DNA from: Perna viridis
Lineage: Eukaryota
Reading direction: 5' to 3'
Length of the DNA: 64,000 nt
Assembly (NCBI GenBank): GCA_037379345.1
Contig: CM074514.1
Coordinates: forward strand, 18,972,001-19,036,000
The translations under genes and the position numbers were made by a program. Shown in pieces: positions 36,459-49,695 of this stretch. Positions within the stretch are counted from its first letter, which is position 1; each line of letters begins with the position of its first letter. The notes under the pieces were generated by a model. The model saw only the letters and a list, made by a program, of their open reading frames with translations, ran no database searches and was not told the origin of the DNA.

Positions 36459-37029
36459 CAGAATTGATATATAGCATAGTTTAAGGAAGTAGTGCTCTAG
36501 TACTCATAACGTGCATTTGGTGAGTAAAGTGCAAAGTGAAGAGGTTTATATTTAATACTCTTAAGTATTTACTCAGGTCATTGGCAATTTTCGGAATTAT
36601 TCATAAGAAGTAATTGTGTAATTTAGGTTGCATATTTAAAGCGTTTTGAAAAAGTTTTAAACCTTAGTAATATTTCAATGTTATGCCATAGACCTGTAAT
36701 AAATAGCTCTATTGTTATACTCATCCGACATCTCACCTGATCCAAAAAGGAGAGGATTTGAGGTCAAAAATACTAGTTTGCCAATTACTGTAATTTTTGA
36801 ATCCATTTTCTGTAGGAAAATGCATGAAACAAACAAACAAAAAAAAGGAAACAAAACTAAACAAAAACAAACAAACAAAAAACATAGAAACAAACTAAAC
36901 AAAAAAAAACACAGAAGACAACAAAAAATACATCAATTCGTGCGTGAAAGACATCTAGTACTTAGAAATAGAAAAGGATATGTATACCAATGTGACAATC
37001 ATCCACCAATTACCAAGCAACAAGTAATT

Positions 37030-37310
37030 AAACCTCTATAGGTCACCCTACGGTCTTGAATGATGGGTAAAACATAGGCCAAGCAAGCTGTAAAAATGCC
37101 CCAAAACAAGTCAGTGAAATTTTTCATAAATGACGAAAATCGACTTAATCTAAATGTTAAAACGCATAACGAATAGAATAACGAAGAACATAAAAAACAG
37201 CGACAACCACTGGATTACAGGTTCCCGGCTTGGGATAGGCACATAAAGTATGTGGCGGGGTTAATCATGTTCGTAAGGGCTCATCCCTCCCTTAACCTGG
37301 GACAGTGGTA
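37030..37310 (-). repeat. Interspersed repeat fragment (related piece at about 58335-58450)
   Basis: Shared 'accactgga..cc(t/c)g.cttgg.a.aggca' core; family not determined. Confidence 0.45.
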
Positions 37311-39014
37311 AGAAATATTAGGATTTAACTCGATATCGATGCAGAATACAAACATTTTAGCAAATAAGACGAAAGACGACAAGCTGTACCAACCTCGAAA
37401 GAGGACTCGCTTTTTCTGTAAGGTAGTTAAAAATCCAAAAACAACAGAAAGACTGTTGTTAACATTTGGTGCATCATTCATTTAGATCTAGATTTGCTCA
37501 GTTGGTCTTCAAAGACAGTACCTCAAGTGAAGTCACAATTAACTTGGACCCTATCATATTTTGTCATAAAGATCATTCGATCTAATGAAAGGTTTTGTTT
37601 ATCATCTATTTTGGTTTTCAAGTTACAAGCAAGTAAAACAACTAAAATACCACCATTATTTATTTTTGAGTTGTCATATACCTTGTACTCCAGTAGTAAG
37701 AATAATTTCATCCGTCAAAAGTTATATCTATTATGATTATAAAGTAAAAAGCTAGAATTCACAAAAGATATTTTTGGCCTTTCAAGTGCAACAACGCTAC
37801 CAATGAGAAATGGTACAATACTTATCACGCAAAGTGATGACAGAAGAGATGGTGCTTGTGAGATAAAACAATAACAACGATGCATTTCATAGGTTTCATT
37901 ATCCTGTCAAAATATTTTGTAGAATAAAATGAATGTTCAGCTAGATCATACCAATTATTTCTTGCAGATAAATGTTCCTAATTTTTCTCAAAGATGACAT
38001 TGAATTAACATACTTTAGAATTTAAATATGAAAAACATAGGTCACCGAACTTTATTTAGAGATCTAATTGGGCCTAATTAAAGCCAGTATTTTACTATAT
38101 TTTATATTAAATCTGTAGGGAATTTTGAATATTTTGCAAACTTGTACATAAAATTTCTTCTAACTTTATATAAAGAACACTTAACTGACATTCTTTCATA
38201 TGTCAAAACGATAACTGTGAGTCAACGAACCCATTTTCTTGCAGAATTAAAAAATAAACCAAAATAGAATATGTTCCTGCCAATAATCTCCCCTTTGAAA
38301 CAAAATTCCCGCCAATTTTCACTAAGCTGGGCCTTTTAAAATAATGTTTTCAATTTCACCATTCTAATTTATATGTACAAAATTTGAAATGATACAAATA
38401 TATTATCTTACACAATTTCAAAACAATATTGGTGTATAGTAAATATATTTGCAAGATGACAGAAAACATGCTCCGGGTAATAGGTAGATAAATTGTTTTG
38501 ATCACTGTTCTGACATTTGTTTCTGTTTCCTAATATTTGATTCCCTTCAGGTGCAACTTCTATGGTTTCACAGGAATAAAATACATAAGAGAATATATAA
38601 TGGTGATATCAGTGGTTTATGATTCGTTGGTAAATTAACGTGTGATTGTTTTGTTTTGTTTTGTTTTGTTTTGTGTGTATGTACGTGTGTGTGTTTTTGC
38701 TTTTGTTTTGTTTTTTATCATTCCTCTTTAGAAAACGACTGCACATGTACATGTATTTACGAATTTCATATCAAATGTTTTGTTCTACTACAAACAAAGA
38801 AAATGTAACACATTTACATTTAGATATATATTTCATACAATGTTTTAAACATCAGATTAAATGTTACATGAATAAAAAAAATGGGTTTAACGTCAATTAT
38901 GTTCACAGGAATGAAATTAAAACCTCACAAAACAGTTAAATCTATACGGTCTAGAGCCATTACATGTCACCACGTTTCGCCGTCACACTATATCATCGTG
39001 GTCGAGCCATGTCA

Positions 39015-39020
39015 TTTATT
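39015..39020 (-). terminator. Putative polyadenylation signal AATAAA of the WD40 gene
   Basis: AATAAA on the minus strand about 45 nt downstream of the stop codon. Confidence 0.45.
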
Positions 39021-39063
39021 ACCAGCTCACTTAATTCACCACGTAAAGGCGCGTCTCGGTCAG

Positions 39064-39393
39064 TTAATTTGTAGGACTCTCCAGGACTATTTCAACACCC
39101 TCCTTCTCTTCTTTCGCACCGGCAACATTTGAATCGGCTTTGACCTGCATCTTCTTCTTTAAACGTTTTATCCTCCCCGTTTGAATCTTGCCTTTTGGCA
39201 GTGTTTGCCTCTCTGTTATCTTGTTAAACAACCCTAGAATTGTCGGTCCCTTTTCTTGTTTTCGAGGTTCTCCTTTCAAGCGCATTGATACGCTTCCTCC
39301 GTAGTATTTTTGACGAATGTTGTCTAATCCGGGATCTTGTGCGGGATCATCTAAGCTCAACTCCGAAAACGGTAAACAGTGGTAAACACCAAC
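39064..39393 (-). CDS. EF-hand + WD40 protein, terminal exon 2 (VGVYHCLPFSEL..SPTN*)
   Basis: catag acceptor at 39394-39396, phase 0, in frame with ORF 39064-39360; 'VY..LPF.eL' resembles the family C-terminal motif. Confidence 0.82.
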   Translation of the reverse strand, partial: VGVYHCLPFSELSLDDPAQDPGLDNIRQKYYGGSVSMRLKGEPRKQEKGPTILGLFNKITERQTLPKGKIQTGRIKRLKKKMQVKADSNVAGAKEEKEGVEIVLESPTN

Positions 39394-40695
39394 CTATGTA
39401 AGTGATATGATAAGATTGACTATTAGATGTAAATGCAATACTAGCTATATTTGATTTCATTTTAGTTTTCCATGCGACGCAAAATTATTGTTTATGAGCT
39501 TAGCTCAATCTTTTTTTTTTCTTTTTTTTTAATTTAATATTTAAAAAAAATTTATTTGCAATTTGTACGTTTGTTTGTCAAAACAAAAGAGCAGAAAAAA
39601 AGTTTTTGATTTGTGTAGTATGAAAAAGTATATTGATGTAATTACTACCTTACCCAAAAGAAAACTCAAATATACTGGTAACTTAGTGGCGTTCGAAAAA
39701 AAACTGTATCGAAATTTTAAAATTGCGTTCGAAAAAAAAACAATCGAAAATTGCGTGCCATGTGTTATTTTCTTGAAAGAAATGTAGAAACTTAAAAAGA
39801 ACAAAATTTTACTGCGTCGGTTATATTTTTTATAAGATAGTACTTGTTTTTAAATATCTCAATGACATAATATAAATATACTGTTTCAGGCGTAGAAAAA
39901 ATTAAGTTAGTGGCTTCTCCTTTATAAATCTTGATACATCACCAAAAAGTAAAATCTTTTTATTAAACAATAGGCTTATATCATTTGATAAAAAACCAGG
40001 AGTTTATACCTTCAAGAAAACTTTGTACAACTTCACAATTCCAAAATAAAGGTCATCACCATAAAATGTACAAGCTGGGCTGTCTAAAATTTTAATCTTG
40101 CATACAAATTTATTTCTAGTTATAATTCTATATTAACTTATTCTTATCCTATCAATGATAATCAATGTGAAGTTTTGGCACAAATGAGAAGTCATTATGT
40201 AGCTTTGCTTGAAACAATATATTTAAGTGCATCTCAAAGCTTGTTGAAAGTGCTATTCATGTTACAAACAAGTGGCTCACCAATTATGTAAAAGTCCAAC
40301 ATTTTCTTTGATTGTAGATGAACATATTCAATTTGTACGTGTTTAAACGCGGATATATATTAGTCAGACTACATATTTGATAGTAGAGGAAGCCCTCGTG
40401 ATACACGTTTTCGTGTAAAGATCGTTTTAACTTGTTGATATGTGTTACTCAATTTCAAATTACCCAATGTGTATACAAATATATACTGAACTAAATAAAA
40501 AAAATATTCACACATTTTGTGCTTTTAACATAACAATTAACAAATAACTATTCACATGCAAACCTACTAAAGCAGTGCTAGAGGTTGTCAGGCAAGCTTT
40601 TTTCTGACTAAGTGCCATCTAACGGAATTCCAACCGATTACATTGTAGGAGTAATGCAAACCACAAAAAGTTAACAGTAAATTCTTTATACATAC

Positions 40696-43600
40696 CGAAG
40701 AGTTGATTTCCACAAATTTATCTATCGCTGGTGGCATTTTATGTCGCATCGTCTTTTTGTATGACTTCCCTAAGATTTCACTACTACCAGTTTTCTTTGT
40801 CCTTGGGCGTCTCGTTGCCGAACTGGGAGTTATCCTTCCGTCACTTTTTGGAGAGGCTACCAGTCTGTCTCTAGTATGTTCTGGCCCGAGACTTGATGTG
40901 TCATCTAAACCATCTGGTCCATCGACTTCTTCTTCCTCCTCGACTGCTGTGGTAAGGCGATTAAAGGTAACGGCTGCATCGACAGCAAGCTTCCACAAGC
41001 CGGACTGTCCTTGGTGCAGTACTTTTAGAGTTCGTGCCGATCCTATTCGACGTAAATCGGTAGGCGCCCGTATTTGAGCGGTTGGTGCACGGGGAAGTAA
41101 TTTTGGTAATTGTTTCCATGGTTCACCGAAAGTTCCAATGTATAGCCCACATATGGTCCAAACACGCACTGAACAATCACTACTAGCAGTTATTATATAC
41201 TTGTAATTATCAACGAATTCGATTTTGTTGATAATTTTCATATGACCTCGAAATGAATTTACTAACAACGGCCATTTAAGTGTAATTTTTGGCATAGAAG
41301 CTGCCGGTGGTGGACGACTGTCGATGTAAGGAGGCATCTTCTCCGTAGATAAGAACGATTGTGGTGGATCTGGGGATTCGTACGAAAATCGGACAAAAGT
41401 AAACGTTTTATTGAGATGAAGCCATCGTCTAACTCTTTGTGGTGGTGACAACGCATAATGGGTACAATACTCAGAAATGTCCCAAGTTTTGATGTAGCCT
41501 TTACTGTCAGCAGTGAAGAGAAGCTCATTTTTCTGATCCGTGCACATCGTGTGGACGCTTTCACCAACCTTATGAGCGGCATTAAATTGTCCTAAAAGTC
41601 CCCCTTCATGATGGATAGACCAAGCGCGTACCCAACCTTCGGCTCCGCTAGTAAGCATAACAGCTGTTTTACCACTCTCTCGGTCGCGTGATTCAAGAAA
41701 AAGAATGCATTCTACTGCTGATTCATAAAGCTTACACAATTCATCGTACTCCTCTCGTCTGCTTGCTTCTACATTGTGTGTTATGGTTTGCTCTGGATCT
41801 GTAACTTCACCGGAATCTTCCACCTGGACAGGTGATTGTGATTGAAAGAGTGGTAATAACGGATGTTCTACTTCTACATCAGATAACTGATTGATTTTCC
41901 GCGACCATTTATTTTCTTTTAGCAGTACGTTCTCCTTTACCCGATTAAGCATTTCCTTGTTTTGGCGTAAGACACTCAATTTTCTTGTTTTCATTTTCAT
42001 TAATTCTTCAGTAGCCAGCTTTTCGAATGCCGAGAATTGGTCTTCATTTTCTGGATCGTCAGAACCGACCTCTTCGCATGTTTTTTGTTCTTCTGTCCTT
42101 TCTCTTTTTTTACCTAGGGCATGAATACTTTTACTGGCATTGAGAGTACAATATGCTTGTCCCGTATCACGTGACCATACTACTATGTCTCCATCATAAG
42201 ACGCAGTCGCAGTGATACCCGGATCCAATTGCGCCATACAAAGAATATCTTCCTTGTGCTTCTGCTTCCAATCCTTTCTATAATCTTCATCTCCACCATC
42301 GATGTAGACGTGAACTAGCCGTGACCACCCGGTGACGAAAATGTGATGGCGAGACCCACAAACACCGGAAACCTCATACCCATTTGGCACATTAAAGGTC
42401 TGTAGACAGTTTCCGTTATTGAAGTTCCACACTTTGACGCTTCCATCTCTAGCACCAGATATAACACGCCTCTGTGGACCATCAAAAGTCATCGTTGTTA
42501 TTTCCACTGGGACTTCCACACCTTTTTCGTACCTGACGTGTGCATTTACAGTTTGAATGACTTTAATGCCACTCTTCAAATCCCATACACTGATGACCGA
42601 ATCAAGGCATGCACTTACAACTAAATTGAAAGTTTTGTTGTAGAGTGCTGTCACAACCGGTTTGTTATGAGAGATAACTTCGGCTACATGTTCTTCTTCG
42701 CTTGTTTTCTGCAGTAACCCAATCTGGTTAGTAGCAAACAAGAGTGTTTTGAGTGCAGGATTGAAATAGATAGCAGTGAGAGGATTGGTGCCTAGCCTGA
42801 TCATCCTTCCACTCATTTGCTGGAGACAGGTCTGGTCTTTCAGATCGTGTATGCGAAGGTTCTTGCCTTTATCGACGCTTATGACCTGATTTCGATCTGA
42901 ATCGATGACGACTTGACTGACTGGTTTCACGTGACCTTTTATAACAAATATCGGTTTGCTGTTAACGTACGGGTTGTATACCCTGACCCAGTAATCCATA
43001 CCGCCAGTTACGATAATGTTGTTCTCTGGACAGTAATCAAAACAAAGGATTCCCTTGTTAACTTTGAAGACGGTGTTTGTTTTCTTTTTTTGGAACTGAT
43101 ACATACAGAGAGAATCATTAGTATTCTGACAACAAGAAACGCATGCAGATAAGTCTGGAAGGTACTTGACTTGCAACACCCAATCAGAATGTATTCTATT
43201 AAAGCGATATCCTTTTGCTCCTTTGTAGAACCCTCTTATTACTTCAGGCACACTGACTTGTTTGTATGCATTCTTTTTAGGACCATAAGAGCCAAACAGC
43301 CCTCCTTGGAGACACTGGCTGAATGCAATAACATAGACACTTCCCGACGTATCTCCCCAAACTAGGATGGAGTGATTGAGGTCGTGCACATCAACCCAGT
43401 AGCTCATACATGTTATACAATCGTCGAATCCTGTCAAATAGTACCGTTTAAGGAAATTAATTGTTCCTTGTATGTCATAAATAGTAATGTCTCTGTCTGT
43501 CGAAGCAATAGCGACCATTCCGACGTTGAACAAACATGCCATATCTACTAACCATGGCTGCGTTGCTCGATCGTTGAAATCTGACGACACATTATAAGTG

Positions 43601-44247
43601 TTCAGGTGTTTCATTTTCACATTCCATGTTGACAAAATGCCATCTTTACTTAAAGAAAAGTATCTTCCAGATGTGTAATCAAAGTGATTTTGGCCACCAC
43701 GTTTATGCATGCTAGGATAAAAGTCAATTGATACGACAGCGTCTCTGTGTCGACATGGAATTACCGCAGCTTCCGCTGGGAATGGATCAACGCGCATCAT
43801 CTCTATCATACGCGACTTTCCCTGGTATTCGAGTAGATTGTAAGTAACATATTCCTCCCAGTCGACATGCTCGTCACAGTTAGCATCAACTTTCATAAAA
43901 AGTAACTCGATTTCATCGTCTGTCATATTGTGTCCAACAGTTTTTCTCATAGCAACTTTGAATTCGTCGATATCTAAACCCTCTTCGGTAGCAGCAAATA
44001 TTTCTTGCAGCTGCTGATATCTATCTTCTGTTGCTATTTTATCTGGATCAAAATCAGCAACTTTTTCTCTTTTTGCAGTTCTACGTCTTCCATTGCTGGA
44101 TTCGATTCCAGGTATAGTTTTGCTTGTCGATTTGTTTGACTTCACATTGTGATTTATTGTCGGTAATGTTATCGCAGACCTCGACTTTTCTGGTCCATTC
44201 AGATGATATGATGACGATGAGTGAGCCGCAGCAGGTACTGTTAACAT
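40696..44247 (-). CDS. EF-hand + WD40 protein, WDY/WDR49/WDR64/EFCAB8 family, exon 1 (1184 codons)
   Basis: EF-hand pair 'GLDIDEF..LFMKVDANCDEHVDWEEY' followed by many WD repeats ('TGGMDYWVRVYN', 'SGARDGSVKVWN', 'FRGH..TASSDCSVRVWT..G.YIGTFG'); donor TCG|gtatgt at 40695. Confidence 0.93.
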
Positions 44248-44299
44248 TCTAAAATTATTACCTTAATTATTACTTGAGGTTTGTAACTTCCATATTGTT

Positions 44300-44325
44300 A
44301 CTCCGGAAGTGGACGTGACGTTATG
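44300..44325 (-). promoter_or_regulatory. Putative proximal promoter of the WD40 gene (ETS-like CCGGAAGT and CRE-like GACGTGACGT)
   Basis: Motif cluster 55-75 nt upstream of the ATG; motif match only. Confidence 0.35.
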
Positions 44326-46976
44326 AAAATGACGGGAAAGTGAATTCAAAAACTTCGTGGGCTTTATAGCTGAACAGGGAACACATCGAATGCATGGTCA
44401 AGCGTCAAAGTTAAAATAAAAATCATTCCTTCATTCATTTTAAAGGATAGTGACCATTTGATCCTTGTTGAGAGTTCTCTTGGCAATTAAGGTCTTCTTA
44501 CATTATAAAGAAATGAGTAAATCGACTACACACATTTTGAAAAAATAGAGATATCTGTCAATAACCTATGTGATAAATGGATGACATTCCGTTACGAACT
44601 ATATTTTAAAACGAATAGATGCAAGGAGTAAACTGCAGTCAAAACTATTTTTTCACAACGAAGAATTATCGTAAACGGAAATACGCAACGATCATCAAAA
44701 TAATGTAAATGTAATATCGAGAAAAAATACCAAAGCGTAAATAATAAGACAGTTCAGAGACACCAAAATCCAAGTGTATGGCATAAACGTGAAAATGAGA
44801 ATCAGAAGGCGATTTACATACACAATCTATCGTTCAGAAAGTCAAACTGAAGATAAGGTAAACAAGACAACACATACATACACACAACACACAAAATACA
44901 GCACTCCGGCAAAACCTGGGAGTGACAGCGGGTGTTCCGGTCGGGTAAGCAAGCATGTCGTGCTCCATCAGCAGCACCCGTCACATTGCTGATTTGTGGA
45001 ATCCTGTAAAAGTCTGGCTACAATAATGTAGCTTTTCGACACACACTGTCAAAGCGGGGTCACAAAGAGGTCCACCATATACCCTTCCGTACTAAGTATG
45101 AGATAGCAGACGAGCATGCGTGGAGCGTGCTCGATATACACTCCCGCGAGGAAACTTCTTTTGTTTTACCCAAGCCCTACCTCGCGGAAGTGTATATTGA
45201 GTATGCTCATCAACTTAACACAAACGGTCTATAAATTTCATTATCTGTTCAATTGTACTTATTCTCTTCAAGAAAGATGTAGATTCTTGTCAAAATACAT
45301 AATAGTGATGTCTTTATTCAAATGATATTACCTTCCTGTTGCGTTCATTCATTATGTTCAACATTGTTCATAATTGTATATATGTTTATTTTGTACTACT
45401 ATGCTCCATGTGGAGCCTCTTAGTGAAATAAAAAAAGTTTCAACAAAGGAACAACTCAAGGTACAATTTTTTTAAAAACATATTTGTGATTTCATCCGAT
45501 TTAACGTTAATGCAAACGATCTAATTAAGTCTTGAAATTGACGACAGTACTACTTTCTTAGTAATAATACATAGTGGCGGATTTACCGGGGGATCTAAGG
45601 GGCTACCCCCAACCCGCGTCTCTTAAAAATAAGTCATAACCATAAAATTAAATTAGTCTCATATAACTTAGTTTTATCTCATACAACTTCGGGTGAAACC
45701 AGTTAACACCCGGTGTGTTTATATCTGATCAAATATGTCACCCTACCCCTTGGAATGTTTGTGACTACTGAAGCGAGTGTTTCGATACAAGTACATGTAC
45801 CTTATGAACAGATAAATGTCCAATGTGTAGGTAAAACCTTTAAGGATTATTGATACAGGTGTGGGTTAATTAATGGCTGCTATCTAACGGAACTATAAAG
45901 TGACTCATATGTAATGTAACATTATCTTCAAGGATACAATGTATAAAAACATGACAATTGTCTGAAAAATTATTTGAATTTGGATAGTAAGAGTTTTCTT
46001 ACAATAAGAGTACCATACCATGTTAAAGACAGGGTCCCATCGTAGATTTGTTTTGGTCAAAGACAGTTTGGGCATTGTATAACAGAATCTGAAGTAGCCT
46101 TTCTGTTAGAATTCTTATAATTAATATACTTTGGCAGTGGTGGATCCAGAGGGGGTGCAACTGGTTTGTATTTAATTAGGAAAAGGGGTAATGTTCCAAA
46201 AGATTAATCAGGTAATCAATAATACTGAATAGTTTATGAAATATATATATAGCACTGAAAAATATTAGTTGATGTGTGAAATGTGTTTAATGATACTAGT
46301 ATGCCATGCATATTGAAGAAATATATTTCAGTTGGACAAGACTATACCAGGTAGATCATATTGAGCTAATATTGCGAAGGCTTGTGTGATTTCTTATTAG
46401 AAGGTTTACTTGTAAGCTTAATGTATAGGTATGTTTCCATTCATAAGGTTTTCTGCTTCATACTTCAATAACATCATAATGGTTGTAAGAAGCCCCGGTC
46501 AAGCTGAAAAAAAGTCCTAACATGTTAAAGTTGAATCTTATGAGCTACCGGTACCTCCTGTAGATATATTATTATGTATTAAAGCAATGTTTCTCAACAA
46601 GCAATGATATTTCTTTTTATTTTGTGACCATAAAAACAAACCTCATTAACACCCCAGAAGCAAACAATAGCTTCGATCAACAGAGATTAAAAAAACATAT
46701 CTCAATGCCTATATTCAACTCATAATTATGCATACTGGATGAAATTTGGAATAATCTGAGAAAAAAATCAACAAAGGCACATACCGGTTTGAAGGAACAC
46801 TTCTTATCTTATTTAATGAGACAAGACCTTAAAAATATTAACTTTAAAATATTGTTATTTTTTTTACAAAAGACAAAAGATTTACATAGTGTGGTTGATA
46901 TGAACCTTTTTCAGTCCTTTCTTGTCAATTATATCAGTCTAATTTTTATAAGGGTGAATGTTTAAAAATAAAGACG

Positions 46977-48191
46977 TTTTAAGTTCACCTGTCTTAAGGC
47001 CATGTGAGCTATTGCCATCACTTGCTGTCCGCCGTCGTCGTTGTTGTTTACAATTTTTCAAAACTCTTCTCCTCTGACACTACGTGACCAATTGGAACCA
47101 AACTTGGTATGAATGTTCCTTGGGGGTATCCTGCATAGAATTGATGTGGGGATTTTTGATCATTTGAAAAACATGGCTGTCGTTACTTAAAATAGAACAT
47201 AGGGGATCAGACAGTAATTTTTCGCATATGTCTCCAAAACCGTTAGGTTTGGCTAAATTCTGACGGGATAAAATTGTTCAGCATGATGAGATCTATCTGC
47301 TGTCCAATTTTCGTATGCATCCGTTTGGCGATGTTGGAGTTACTGCCCCTTTTCCATGTTGTTTTTCTATTTTTAATGTTATTTCTTTCAAAACTCTTCT
47401 CCTTTGACACTACTTGACCAATTGAAATCGAACTTGGTATGAATGTTCATTGGGGTATCCTGCATAGAACTGATGTGGGGATTTTTGATCCGTTGAAAAA
47501 CATGGCCGCCATTACTAAAAATGGAACATAGGGTCAGACAGTAGTTTTTCGCATATATCTCAAAAACCGTTAGGTTTAGCCAAATTCTGGCCTGGTCAAA
47601 GTGTTCAGCATGATGAGATTTATCTGTGGACAAAGTTTTAATCTATGAAGCCATGTTGGAGCTGTTGCCCTTTTTCAACGTTTTTTTTGCTATTTTTAAT
47701 TTTATTTCTTTCAAAAATCTTCTCTGATACTACTTGACCAATTGGAACCAAACTTGGTATGAATGTTCCTTTGGGTATCCTGCATAGAACTGATGTGGGG
47801 ATTTTTAATCGGTCGAAAAATATGGCTGTTGTAACTAAAATAGAACATAGGGATCAGACAGTAGTTTCCGCATTTATCTCCAAAACCATTAGGTTTAGCC
47901 AAACTATTTCAATTGCTGAAATGATCCTTATTATAAGGCATTCAAAAGCCATGAGGGATCAAAGTTGTCAGATGACTCCTTGCAAGAGTTATTGTCCTTG
48001 AAAGATGAAAAATGATCTTTTTCTTTTACAGTTTTCGGCCAATATCTTGAAAATTATAATAGCTAGAAAGAAACTTTCAATTGCTGAAATGATTCTTATG
48101 ATAATTCTTGAGTCAATATTGTTGGAAAATTCCTTGTTAAGTTCATTGCCCTTGAAAGACAAACTTGAACTAGGTGAGCGATTCAGGCTCC
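46977..48191 (+). mobile_element. Helentron/HINE element, same family as 28255-29133, three ~325-bp internal repeats
   Basis: Starts ttttaagttcacctg..ggccatgtgagct, ends taggtgagcgattcaggctcc; repeat units at about 47060, 47390, 47713. Confidence 0.88.
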
Positions 48192-49477
48192 TATATATAT
48201 ATATATATATGGTGTCTTGATATGATGCGATTTGTTGATAACATCCAACTATCTATAGTAACCATAAAAATAGTTTTTTTAAATTGATGGAAGGTACAAA
48301 GCTAACTTAGTAGGTGGGCTGTACCCCTCTCTCCCCGGTCCATTCAACCCATCACTCAATATGATTTCATGTACTCTTATTCCTTCTATTTACGAATCAA
48401 TTTGTCGCCAAAAAATTAATTTAAGCATTTTTATTCATTCTTTGGTCACTTTTTATACATCTTTGAAGCAAAAATTTATGCGTATTAAAAGTGATTTATT
48501 TGATATTTTCTGTTTATTTCCATGCCCTTTTACATGATTCGTTCCGATTTTGTAACGTCTCAAATGTATCTTTTCGATAGATTTATTACGACAAAAAATT
48601 TACTCTTACCTCCAGAATAAAAGTTCTCAGTATCAAATACACTGCTCATTCATAACATATGAACTCAGTAAAACTTATATTTTGGAAACTTATAAGTAAG
48701 ATCATGATGTATCCAAGAAATCTGCCCAATTCTGGCGCTTAGTTTTTCGTATTGGGGTTACAAATATTACAAAATCGTAGAAGGATTTTCAAAATTTCAT
48801 ATTTTCCTCTATTTCATTTTTTGGGTTTTTGATTTATCAAAATACTTAGTCGCCGGTCATGCTTGGAACTTCCCTACTCTTTCTGAACACTACACAAAAA
48901 TCAAGTCTAAATGTAGTTCCTTTTATATCATTCAATACATCTTTTATAAACTGAGAATATGTATGGTTATCTTTTCTAAGAGAAAACATGTTTAATAAAA
49001 GTACAAATTATCTTACATGTATTATGACATATAAATGCCGACTTTCAAAAGTCAATTACTTTTATTAGAGTTATCTTCCTTTCAATTTGATCGATATTTT
49101 GTGACGTCATTCATTGCTTTCCTGGCGGTTGAAGCTGTCGGAAAATAGTTTGGAGTGAGAATTTACCAAGACGTTACTGGCATTTTGCCAATGATCACTC
49201 TGCAACCCAATTGACTTTAAAAAGGATAAATACAGCAGTTAATTAAAATAGTTATGGAAAAAAATCGGCTTGGTTTTGTAATTGGTCATCGCAATATCAG
49301 GGAAAAAGAGCGCACTTTAAATAGGCATGATGGTACCCACTTGTCCGACGTGGGAAATGATATATATTTTGCAGAATATTCAGGCGGCTCTAAGAGTCAT
49401 TTGTAAGTTCGTGAAAAAGACTTTTTTTCTGAATAAGTATAAGATATGAGTTAAAATGTCTGAATTGGTTTTAATGT

Positions 49478-49695
49478 CTTCTAGAAAAGCAGAGGACGCT
49501 TACCCTACCGGTGCACTTGGTCCATGCTCCCAGTTTTTAGTGGAGTCCGAGTTGCTCATTTGCTTTTGTTACTTTGTATGTATGATTTTAGTTACTGTAT
49601 GTTCTTTGTTGTGTATGTCTGTTTTCCATGTCGGGTCTTTGTCCCTGGATTACATTCTTTTGAATACCACTATAACCTTGGTTTCCTTGATTACT
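49478..49695 (+). mobile_element. PLE 3'-end copy
   Basis: High similarity to 32426-32643. Confidence 0.8.

Noticed and set aside
36830-36930. Lys/Asn/Gln-rich and Phe-rich ORFs (also 38646-38730, 54020-54080)
   Set aside because: Low-complexity A- or T-rich simple sequence.
40588-40695. C-terminal 35 aa of the 1219-aa ORF
   Set aside because: Follows a good donor (TCG|gtatgt) and a phase-matched downstream exon exists; probably intron read-through.
40703-43365. Plus-strand and alternate-frame ORFs overlapping the WD40 gene
   Set aside because: Shadow ORFs of a GC-richer coding exon; no recognisable motifs.
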